The notes under the pieces were generated by a model. That model did no database searches. It was not told where the DNA came from and worked only from the letters and a program-made list of their open reading frames with translations. Of a stretch of DNA of 64,000 nucleotides, positions 56,523-64,000 are shown piece by piece. The DNA comes from a virus. Within the stretch, counting starts at the first letter, position 1; each line of letters opens with the position of its first letter. The DNA lies in the IMG/VR virus record IMGVR_UViG_3300028888_000121, positions 8,313-72,312 of that record; one strand, given 5' to 3'. Both the position numbers and the translations under genes were made by a program.

Positions 56523-57503
56523 ATGTTCGCTATCGTATTGTCGGTTGCCCTTATCATTGCAGGAATTGTCCTGTGCTTTGTTGTTCCTGCTATGAAGTAC
56601 GGCGATAAGAAATTCACGCCGTGGCCTCTCCTTGCAGCCATTATCATTTCAGCAGTGCTCTTGACACTGAGCTGCATTGCGATTGTGCCGACCGGATATA
56701 CTGGAATTTTGACGACCTTTGGCCGCGTAGAAGACAGGACGATCAGTTCCGGCTTCAACTTTATTGCGCCGTGGCAGCAGATTGTGAAAATGGATAACCG
56801 GACGCAGAAAGTGCAGTTATCCACGTCCGCATTTTCGAGCGATATCCAGCAGGTAGACGTGGCTATGTCCGTAAACTACTGCATTGATCAGGAGACGGCG
56901 CAGGAGCTTTACAGGACGGTTGGTACCAATTACTACGACAATGTGATGTTCCCGCGTATTCAGGAAAACACGAAGGCTGTTTTTGCTGCGTACTCCGCTG
57001 AAAACCTGATTGCCAAGCGAGACAGCCTGTCGGACCAGATTGCAGAAGCGATGTCCAAGGATCTCAAACGATACGGCATTACAATCGTCTCCATTGCCAT
57101 TGAGGACATCGACTTCACGGACGCTTTCACGAATGCCGTGGAAGCAAAGCAGGTTGCGGCTCAGAACAAACTGACTGCCCAGACTGAGCAGGAACAGAAA
57201 ACGATGGAAGAGCGTGCTACGGCTGAGCGGGCAAAAATTGCGGCCCAAGCCGACGCCGATAAGGCGATCATCTCGGCCAATGCCGACCTCGAAGTTGTGA
57301 AGGTACAGGCGGAAGCCGCACTTTATGCGGGCGAGAAGGAAGCGGAAATGAACAAGCGCATTTCCGAGTCCCTGACCGGCGAACTGACGGACTACTACTG
57401 GATTAAGCAGTGGGATGGAAAACTCCCGACCACAGTTCTGAGTGATAACGGGAACTACATGCTGTCACTGAATACAGAAGATTCCGCAAAGGATTCTGAA
57501 TAA
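56523..57503 (+). CDS. SPFH/band-7 (HflK/C-, prohibitin-like) membrane protein
   Basis: ATG after GGAGGAACAGAAC. It has an N-terminal transmembrane region and an SPFH-like core (YTGILTTFGRVEDRTISSGFNFIAPW). A long Ala/Gln/Glu-rich coiled coil follows. Confidence 0.65.
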   Translation: MFAIVLSVALIIAGIVLCFVVPAMKYGDKKFTPWPLLAAIIISAVLLTLSCIAIVPTGYTGILTTFGRVEDRTISSGFNFIAPWQQIVKMDNRTQKVQLSTSAFSSDIQQVDVAMSVNYCIDQETAQELYRTVGTNYYDNVMFPRIQENTKAVFAAYSAENLIAKRDSLSDQIAEAMSKDLKRYGITIVSIAIEDIDFTDAFTNAVEAKQVAAQNKLTAQTEQEQKTMEERATAERAKIAAQADADKAIISANADLEVVKVQAEAALYAGEKEAEMNKRISESLTGELTDYYWIKQWDGKLPTTVLSDNGNYMLSLNTEDSAKDSE

Positions 57504-57519
57504 ACACAGGAGGTACAAA

Positions 57520-57861
57520 ATGAGCAACACATCCATGATTCCGGCAGCGTCCGAGGCAAAGCCCCTGGCACAGCTCAAACCACGCCCAATGCCGACAATG
57601 AAGACCATCGTCCGGCAGATCTCCGACATAAACGGCCACATCATGCGCAATTTGCTCCATCCCAGCAAGGTCCTGAAGGTGGGCCGCGTGACCGTCGTCT
57701 TCTGGAGCGACGGGAGCTCCACAGCGGTCAAGTGCGGTGAGAGCGAGATCCCTGACGATTACGTCGCCTTCTGCGCCGCTCTCGGTAAGAAGGTCTTCGG
57801 CAGCAACACCGCGCTGAAGCGTGCCTTCATGGACGCGCCGCACGAGACCAGAGAACCCTGA
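57520..57861 (+). CDS. hypothetical protein
   Basis: 113-aa ORF with AGGAGGT RBS. Confidence 0.4.
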   Translation: MSNTSMIPAASEAKPLAQLKPRPMPTMKTIVRQISDINGHIMRNLLHPSKVLKVGRVTVVFWSDGSSTAVKCGESEIPDDYVAFCAALGKKVFGSNTALKRAFMDAPHETREP

Positions 57862-57883
57862 CAATGACATATAAAGAAAAGCA

Positions 57884-58567
57884 ATGAGCAAAGATTGCGT
57901 GGTGTGCGGGACTTGCGACTACTGCGTGCCGATTGCAGGAACAGAGAAAGACGGACGACCGCCATTTCATATCTGCTTGAACAAAAAGTCTCCGTTCGGT
58001 TCCTACATCGTCCCGTTTTTAGGCGATGCGTGTGCGAAGTACACCAGAAATGGGGCGTGCCAGACATGTGAGAAAAAAGATACTGGCTGCATGGACGAAC
58101 GCAAAGCGTGTATCCACCCTCAGGGGTTTGTTTCTTTGAACGAGATCGACTATGACAAACCGGAAAAGAAGACCGTTGTTTTCGACTTTGATGGCGTGAT
58201 CCATAGCTACCAGCACCCGTACACAACAGAATGGGACATCCCGGACCCTCCGGTCCCGGGAATCGCAGATGTGATAGATAACCTCAATAAAGACTTCAAG
58301 GTTATCGTGTGTTCTACGAGGTGCCGAACAAGCGCAGGAAGGTCCGCCGTAGCTGATTGGCTGTTCAAGAACGGGATTGCCGTATATGGCGTGGAAGCGG
58401 AAAAACCGCCTGCGGTCTGCTATGTGGATGACCGCGCTATTCGATTTGATGGTACAACAGACTGTTTGGAAGAGAAAATCCGGTACTTCAAAAGCTGGGT
58501 AGAGGATCGTGATGAACATGGAGAACAAAACAATTCAGATACCGCATGGAGCCAGGAAGATCCTTAA
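57884..58567 (+). CDS. HAD-superfamily hydrolase, likely a 5'(3')-deoxyribonucleotidase-type enzyme, with an N-terminal Cys cluster
   Basis: The HAD motif I DxDG(V/T) is present as VVFDFDGVIH. A Rossmann-like core follows. Confidence 0.5.
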   Translation: MSKDCVVCGTCDYCVPIAGTEKDGRPPFHICLNKKSPFGSYIVPFLGDACAKYTRNGACQTCEKKDTGCMDERKACIHPQGFVSLNEIDYDKPEKKTVVFDFDGVIHSYQHPYTTEWDIPDPPVPGIADVIDNLNKDFKVIVCSTRCRTSAGRSAVADWLFKNGIAVYGVEAEKPPAVCYVDDRAIRFDGTTDCLEEKIRYFKSWVEDRDEHGEQNNSDTAWSQEDP

Positions 58568-59876
58568 CGTGCTGCGTGCCTATGGCTATGAGGCTTATGT
58601 TGTTGGGGGCTGTGTCAGAGACAGCCTCCTCGGCCTCGAACCGAAAGACTGGGATATATGTACGAGCGCAAGGCCGGAAGAGGTCAAGGCAATCTACTCT
58701 CCGCGTTCCAGAGTGATTGAAACCGGGCTCAAACACGGAACAGTCACAATCGCTTTGGACGATGGGCAGTATGAGGTGACAACCTACCGGACGGACGGAA
58801 CCTATACAGATCACCGTCATCCGGATGAGGTCCATTTTACGACCAGCCTTCAGGAGGACCTGTCGCGCAGAGATTTTACCGTCAATGCGATGGCTTATAA
58901 CAACGTGGACGGCCTTGTGGACCCGTTCGGCGGCAGAGAGGATCTTGATCACAGACTCATTCGCTGCGTGGGGTATCCGGACCATCGATTTGAAGAAGAC
59001 GCCCTTCGCGTTCTCCGGGCTCTCCGGTTTTCGTCTGTATATGGATTTGTCATAGACGATTCAACAGCGCGTTCCGTTCATAGGAACGCCAGATCTCTTC
59101 AATATGTGGCGAGAGAAAGAATCCGAGAGGAACTATGCAAACTCCTTTCCGGCAAAGCATCTTATGAAGTCCTGATGGCGTATAGCGATGTCGTGTGCCA
59201 GATCATCCCGGAACTTCGACCTTGCTGCGGATTTGTACAAAACAATCCATATCATTGCTTTACAGTTTACGGCCACATTGCAAAGGTTGTCAGCGCATAT
59301 AGTGGAAATGATACTGTTGTAAATATGGCATTGCTCCTGCATGATATCGGGAAGCCAGAGTGCTATACGGAAGACGAGACTGGCAGACACTTCAAGGGCC
59401 ACGGACCGGTCAGCGCGTCGATTTCCGAGAAGGTTTTAGACAGTCTTCGGTTTGATAAAAGATCCAAGAACGATATTGTGCAGTTGGTACTATACCACGA
59501 CATAGAATTCATTCCTACAGAAAAGTTCGTCAAGAAATGGCTGAATAAAATCGGCCAAGAGCAGTTCGAGCGCTTGATTGAAGTCAGAAACGCTGATATT
59601 GCCGGACACCATCCGGACATGCAAGAAAAAAGCTATGAGATTGTAAGGCAGATTTCCAGCATTCTTGATAAGGTCCTCGAAGAGAAACAGTGTTTCACCA
59701 TCAAAGACCTCAATATTAACGGAACAGACATCATCAAACTCGGAGTCCCGGAAGGAAAAAAGGTTGGAGATACGCTGCGCTTTCTGCTTGACGGAGTGCT
59801 TTCAGGAGAGATTCCCAATGATTATGATGAACTTCGACATGCTGCAATCTGCTACAACGGCTCATTCGAAACTTAA
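58512..59876 (+). CDS. cca: CCA-adding enzyme (tRNA nucleotidyltransferase) with an HD domain
   Basis: Class II nucleotidyltransferase head: VVGGCVRDSLLG, DWDI and RRDFTVNAMAY. The HD motif reads LLLHDIGKP. 455 aa. Confidence 0.85.
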   Translation: MNMENKTIQIPHGARKILNVLRAYGYEAYVVGGCVRDSLLGLEPKDWDICTSARPEEVKAIYSPRSRVIETGLKHGTVTIALDDGQYEVTTYRTDGTYTDHRHPDEVHFTTSLQEDLSRRDFTVNAMAYNNVDGLVDPFGGREDLDHRLIRCVGYPDHRFEEDALRVLRALRFSSVYGFVIDDSTARSVHRNARSLQYVARERIREELCKLLSGKASYEVLMAYSDVVCQIIPELRPCCGFVQNNPYHCFTVYGHIAKVVSAYSGNDTVVNMALLLHDIGKPECYTEDETGRHFKGHGPVSASISEKVLDSLRFDKRSKNDIVQLVLYHDIEFIPTEKFVKKWLNKIGQEQFERLIEVRNADIAGHHPDMQEKSYEIVRQISSILDKVLEEKQCFTIKDLNINGTDIIKLGVPEGKKVGDTLRFLLDGVLSGEIPNDYDELRHAAICYNGSFET

Positions 59877-59889
59877 AGGAGACTAAAGT

Positions 59890-60066
59890 ATGACAGAATT
59901 AGACAGAGATAATTATTGCAGAGATTGCGACCATAGCATTTATGGAAAAAATCCAAGCTGCGACATCAACATCGAAAACAATGGCAAGTATGTCATGGCA
60001 GACGACAAGTGCTATTGTAAGATCAAAAACGGGAAGATGGCCGAGAAATATCCTTGGCAAAAGTAA
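59890..60066 (+). CDS. small Cys-rich protein (58 aa)
   Basis: AAGGAGA RBS with CxxC pairs (CRDCDH and CYCK). It falls below the ORF-track cutoff. Confidence 0.45.
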   Translation: MTELDRDNYCRDCDHSIYGKNPSCDINIENNGKYVMADDKCYCKIKNGKMAEKYPWQK

Positions 60067-60102
60067 CTTAGCGATCGACGTTGAAAAATCGGAGGAGATG
60101 CA

Positions 60103-60318
60103 ATGGCAAAGGTAGCGCGACTGAGAAGTGATTATAGTCCAAAAACCGTCTTGACTATGGTCTTGACTGATGACGGAGACGTCTGCATGCGCATCTTCGG
60201 AGATGGGGAAATGCGTATTGCCACAAGCGGATCTCGGCTTAAAGGCGAGGATCACCTTCGCGTTCTTGAGGCGCTGCACACGCTGATCGACGCAGTTGAA
60301 TCAGCAGAGAAAGGATAG
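60103..60318 (+). CDS. hypothetical small protein
   Basis: 71-aa ORF with GGAGGAG RBS. Confidence 0.4.
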   Translation: MAKVARLRSDYSPKTVLTMVLTDDGDVCMRIFGDGEMRIATSGSRLKGEDHLRVLEALHTLIDAVESAEKG

Positions 60319-60321
60319 AAT

Positions 60322-60573
60322 ATGGACGGAGAAGTACTGGCGATTGTAAGAAACTACATCTTAGAGCACCTTGACAAGAGTGACGGAACTCCTGACTTCA
60401 GTGTTTATACCGTCTGGAAGTGCAAGACGCTTCAAAACTGGAAATACCTGCTTGCAAGCACTTTGAACGACGGTATGTATTATGAGATGACCTATAACGG
60501 GGATAAATGCGAGTGGTATCTGGATGCCTATAAAAAGTTTGAAAACCGTGTAGTTCCAAGCCTGCCATATTGA
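60322..60573 (+). CDS. hypothetical small protein
   Basis: 83-aa ORF. Confidence 0.4.
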   Translation: MDGEVLAIVRNYILEHLDKSDGTPDFSVYTVWKCKTLQNWKYLLASTLNDGMYYEMTYNGDKCEWYLDAYKKFENRVVPSLPY

Positions 60574-60584
60574 AGGAGTGGAAA

Positions 60585-61016
60585 ATGGGAGTAACCGTTC
60601 AATGCAAGAAAACTGGAAGAAGTCTTGATATGGGTTATGGAGGGTTCAACCGCTGGCGCAGCAAGATTGCAGAACTGTACGGCGGAGAGTGGTGGGACCA
60701 TTACAAAACAATTGACGATGCCCCGTTTTTGGACACCCGTGGACAGAGAACAGCATTCTTTGAGGCGTTTGATCGCAGGACTCTTCAACTTATAACCGAG
60801 AAAAGGGCCGACATCAAAATTGTAGACTTTTGCCTTCAGCCTGACAGCGACGGGAGCGTCAACTATGGTGCTTGCAAGAACATCCTGAAAGCAATTGGAG
60901 ACTACACCGACAATCTGGTATATGGCTATGCTGCCTATGCTGACCATGACTGGGAACGCCTCAAAGCAATACTTCAGGAGTGCGTGGACACAAAATCGAA
61001 ACTTATTTGGGGTTAA
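60585..61016 (+). CDS. hypothetical protein
   Basis: ATG after AAGGAGTGGAAA. Confidence 0.4.
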   Translation: MGVTVQCKKTGRSLDMGYGGFNRWRSKIAELYGGEWWDHYKTIDDAPFLDTRGQRTAFFEAFDRRTLQLITEKRADIKIVDFCLQPDSDGSVNYGACKNILKAIGDYTDNLVYGYAAYADHDWERLKAILQECVDTKSKLIWG

Positions 61017-61018
61017 AG

Positions 61019-61879
61019 ATGGATAGATATAAGGACTTACTCCCGTTTTCAAGGGATGCATCACTCAATAATTTTTCTTACTGGTATCCGAAGGTCAAAG
61101 ACTGCGGACTTCCAGTACCAAAATCCTGCATTATTCAGATTCCGGATGACCTGACTGACCGTGGAGTGTTCTACATGGAAAACATCCCGGAGAGTCAAAA
61201 AGCGGTGGATCAGTTTGTCACTGAGAAGGTTCTTCCTGCACTGGAAGAATCCGGTATCACAACAGCACACCTGTTTGTGAAGAACGGGGCCTTTTCAAAT
61301 AAGTTTGACGCAGAAAAAGGATGCCTTTGCCTTTACGATAAATATGATCTCGTTCGCAGTATTCTCAATATTCAATACAACTCCGCCATGTTTGAAACCG
61401 GAGGAGAAGAGGAGATCGTTATCAGAGAGCGAATCGGGTACAATTCCGAGTTGATTCCCTGCATCTACCACGGACTTCCCTTGCGACCGGAATTCCGAGT
61501 CTTCTACGATTTTGACATTCACGAGGTCCTGTTTGTGGCGAACTATTGGGACTACGACTACTGCCGAGACCATATTATGGACGCAACGGACAAAATCGTC
61601 TTCGATAAAATGAAAGACTACTTGTACTGCGCGTTCGAGCGTTGGAAAGATGATGTCGCAGACAAGGTGTCACAGTGCATGAAGAATGTCACAGAACTGT
61701 CCGGACCGTGGTCTGTCGATATCATGATGACGAATTATCCGGAAAACATTCAAAGAAGGATGATGGAAGATATCGGAAATAAATATTCTTCTGTGCAGCA
61801 TCCAGTTGGATATCTGATCGATATGGCGGTGGCTGAGAGAAGCGCCTATTGGGACCAGAGGCCCCAAAAAGAGGAATGA
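61019..61879 (+). CDS. hypothetical protein
   Basis: ATG start. The alternative GTG start at 60980 lies inside the previous gene. Confidence 0.4.
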   Translation: MDRYKDLLPFSRDASLNNFSYWYPKVKDCGLPVPKSCIIQIPDDLTDRGVFYMENIPESQKAVDQFVTEKVLPALEESGITTAHLFVKNGAFSNKFDAEKGCLCLYDKYDLVRSILNIQYNSAMFETGGEEEIVIRERIGYNSELIPCIYHGLPLRPEFRVFYDFDIHEVLFVANYWDYDYCRDHIMDATDKIVFDKMKDYLYCAFERWKDDVADKVSQCMKNVTELSGPWSVDIMMTNYPENIQRRMMEDIGNKYSSVQHPVGYLIDMAVAERSAYWDQRPQKEE

Positions 61880-62079
61880 AATACAGCCTCGAAGAAATCA
61901 AACGAGCCGCCAGCAAAGGAGTTCTTCCGAACGACATGGATGTGCATGAGAGGGTGATATTCTATACGGCCAGATATTGCTACAAAACGTACAGAAAGAA
62001 TCCGACAGAAGCCACGAAAAAGCGTCTGGAAGAATTCCTTGCACCGGTAGTCGAATTTCACTTCCAGAGAAAGGACTAA
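61876..62079 (+). CDS. hypothetical small protein
   Basis: The ATG overlaps the upstream stop. Confidence 0.3.
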   Translation: MKYSLEEIKRAASKGVLPNDMDVHERVIFYTARYCYKTYRKNPTEATKKRLEEFLAPVVEFHFQRKD

Positions 62080-62085
62080 CCAAGA

Positions 62086-62943
62086 ATGAAGATACAATCG
62101 CTTTCAATTGTCGTCCCTGCGGAGCGGTGCTGGAACAAATGCCCGTTTTGTGTATCCAGAATGCACTGTGAAAACTACGGCGAGTCTATCATTGAAAATG
62201 GGGAGCAGATCCCGGAATCGTACTTGAACAGGATGGAGTTCGTGCGTGATGAGGGCTGCAATTCCATGATCATCACAGGAGACACCGAGCCACAGCAGAA
62301 CATGAGCTTTATTCGTCAAGTCTTGTATGCAAACAAAACTATGATGAAAAAGCCGTTTTACAACATCTCCCTGCAAACAACAGGCAGCAACCTGAACGGC
62401 ACTGATATTGCCGGAATGGCGGATCTCGGGCTTACGACCATCTCATTTTCCATCAGTTCCTTTGACCCTGAGCGGAACGCGGAGATAATCGGGATGCCTG
62501 AGAAGGCGAAGAGAGACCTGTATGACGTTCACAGATGGGCAAAGCGGCAGAATCTTGTGACACGCGCGTCCATTAATTTGACCGATGAATTTGAGAAGTA
62601 TAGTCCTGCGGACTATTTTGACTGGGCTCAGATGAACGGATTTGACCAGATCACGTTCCGGAAGATATATGCTGACGGCGATAACGCTCAAAGCCGGTGG
62701 ATCGCTCAGCACGCCTTCCCCGAGGAACGATACAACGCAATCCAAAAATACGTCATGATGAATGGCGTTGCAATCCTGCGTCTCCCGTTTGGTCATATCA
62801 AATACAGTGTGCACGGTATTTCCACAGTGATTGATGACAACTGCATGAGCAAAGACAATATAGACGATCTCAAGTATGCGATTCTGCGTCCAAACGGCCA
62901 TCTGTATAGCAGGTGGGACGATCCGGGCAGCTTGATTTTCTGA
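62086..62943 (+). CDS. radical SAM domain protein, function unknown (second copy of this family in the window)
   Basis: 285-aa ORF with the CxxxCxxC motif (CWNKCPFC) near its N-terminus. Confidence 0.6.
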   Translation: MKIQSLSIVVPAERCWNKCPFCVSRMHCENYGESIIENGEQIPESYLNRMEFVRDEGCNSMIITGDTEPQQNMSFIRQVLYANKTMMKKPFYNISLQTTGSNLNGTDIAGMADLGLTTISFSISSFDPERNAEIIGMPEKAKRDLYDVHRWAKRQNLVTRASINLTDEFEKYSPADYFDWAQMNGFDQITFRKIYADGDNAQSRWIAQHAFPEERYNAIQKYVMMNGVAILRLPFGHIKYSVHGISTVIDDNCMSKDNIDDLKYAILRPNGHLYSRWDDPGSLIF

Positions 62944-62950
62944 TTGACAA

Positions 62951-63535
62951 TTGTCGCGAGAAGGAAGTATACTTTTCAAAAAGACACTGACGTTCAGAAG
63001 AAGCGAGGAAAGAGATGTGACCGATAGCCAATACATAGATCGGATGATATCTGTTCTGGAAAGCGCAATGAAATACAATGGCATCTCTTATCCGCAGGTA
63101 GCAGAGATGCTTACTGCTGACGGCAAGAAGGCGGCTCGGCAGTCAATTTTCAAAAAGGTCAAGTCCGGTACACTTCGGGCAACGACAATGCTTCATATTC
63201 TTGATACGCTTGGCGTGAAAATGAAGATTGAGAAGGACGGAAAAGAGATCCCGGTCCGGTTGCCAGCAGGAGACCGGGTCAGAAAGACAGTAAAAGGAAA
63301 AAAGTACGATACGAAGCGGTGCCTTCCGGTTGCACATTCATTTTACGCTGACGGTGAAAACAAATATCGGCCTGATAACGGTCAGGCCGAAGAGCTCTAC
63401 TATGATCCGTCCGGAGACGAATATTTTCTGGTACATTATAATGATGGGCGGAAGATGAAGCGCAGATTTCCTTGGATCGAAGTACTGACTCAGGACGAGG
63501 CGGAGACCGTAAAGTTTGCCTATCAGATGCGCTGA
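62951..63535 (+). CDS. hypothetical protein
   Basis: 194-aa ORF with a TTG start. An internal GTG at 63016 or ATG at 63043 are equally possible starts. Confidence 0.35.
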   Translation: MSREGSILFKKTLTFRRSEERDVTDSQYIDRMISVLESAMKYNGISYPQVAEMLTADGKKAARQSIFKKVKSGTLRATTMLHILDTLGVKMKIEKDGKEIPVRLPAGDRVRKTVKGKKYDTKRCLPVAHSFYADGENKYRPDNGQAEELYYDPSGDEYFLVHYNDGRKMKRRFPWIEVLTQDEAETVKFAYQMR

Positions 63536-63589
63536 TTTTTCCGACAGTTTTTCCGACAGTTTTTGTTTTTCCGACAATTTTTCCGACAA
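63536..63589 (+). repeat. iteron-like direct repeats, four copies of TTTTTCCGACA(G/A)
   Basis: The 12-bp units are at 63536, 63548, 63566 and 63578. Two more copies lie at 63796-63819. Confidence 0.6.
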
Positions 63590-63795
63590 CGCGAAAATAT
63601 GAAATGACACAAAATAGTTCGGTTTTCTGCGCCTTACAGCACTACAGAGACGCTTTGACACGGGAAGAAATGACGGTGCAATAATTCGAAGCCTTCTTCC
63701 CCTGCCATGAATATCGCTTGAAATTGTTGCTGATTTCAGGCGATATTTCATTTTCGGCCTGCGAATGCCCTGCAAATAGTTATAATATCTTATGG

Positions 63796-63819
63796 CTCCG
63801 AACGCTTTTCCGACAGTTT
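63796..63819 (+). repeat. second cluster of the TTTTCCGACA(G/A) direct repeat (two copies)
   Basis: Same unit as at 63536-63589. It lies ~210 nt downstream and flanks an A/T-rich region with an 8-bp inverted repeat (aatatcgc/gcgatatt). Confidence 0.55.
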
Positions 63820-63842
63820 TTCCGACAACGGGAAATTTTTGC

Positions 63843-63874
63843 CCCCCTCCGAGGATCATTCGGAGGGGGTTTTC
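63843..63874 (+). terminator. rho-independent terminator-like hairpin
   Basis: ccccctccga-ggatcat-tcggaggggg forms a 10-bp GC stem followed by TTTTC. Confidence 0.5.
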
Positions 63875-64000
63875 TCTTCTTCATCAGGCTGCGGTTTTTG
63901 AATAGTGCTGTTAATATAAGACTGCATGCGAGAGGCAGATTCAGACTTCATGCGGTCCGTGGTGTGACCGTAGATGTCCAAAGTAAATGCTGCGCTGGCA

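Noticed and set aside
63536-63820. CRISPR array
   Set aside because: The units are 12 bp, directly abutting or separated by a non-unique A/T-rich region. No cas genes are nearby.
63338-63859. 173-aa minus-strand ORF
   Set aside because: It spans the iteron repeats and A/T-rich non-coding region. Its translation is dominated by repeat-derived residues.

Overview
Almost every gene in this 64 kb window is on the + strand, and the content is that of a tailed dsDNA phage or prophage, probably siphovirus-like from a Firmicutes/Clostridia-type host given the GC content and Shine-Dalgarno sites. The modules run in order: (1) a lambda-like head module (scaffold with an acidic region, a decoration-like protein, a ~345-aa major capsid protein, then a terminator); (2) a tail module (two tandem paralogous major tail proteins, chaperone-like ORFs, an 811-aa tape measure protein, a Dit-like protein, several tail-fibre proteins and one giant 2622-aa tail protein); (3) a diversity-generating retroelement (DGR) built on a 1135-aa tail-fibre target gene, with a C-terminal variable repeat (VR), a template repeat (TR) and a YMDD reverse transcriptase; (4) a minus-strand ribbon-helix-helix gene and a XerD-like tyrosine recombinase; (5) a lysis cassette (multidomain endolysin plus holins) closed by a strong terminator; (6) a long accessory region carrying dCTP deaminase, dUTPase, a HAD nucleotidase, a CCA-adding enzyme, two radical-SAM proteins, an SPFH protein, an ASCH protein and many small Cys-rich ORFs; (7) a terminal non-coding region with iteron-like direct repeats. 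The most unusual observation is that the DGR template repeat is split. The 106-nt VR matches a 64-nt TR segment and a 42-nt TR segment exactly and collinearly, with all 15 mismatches at TR adenines. The two TR segments are separated by a 193-nt non-coding insertion that contains two GNRA-capped hairpins and has U/G group-I-like boundaries. That insertion would have to be removed from, or skipped in, the template RNA for faithful mutagenic homing. No accessory variability determinant (avd) gene is evident. All calls rest on reading the sequence and on motif recognition. No database search was run.
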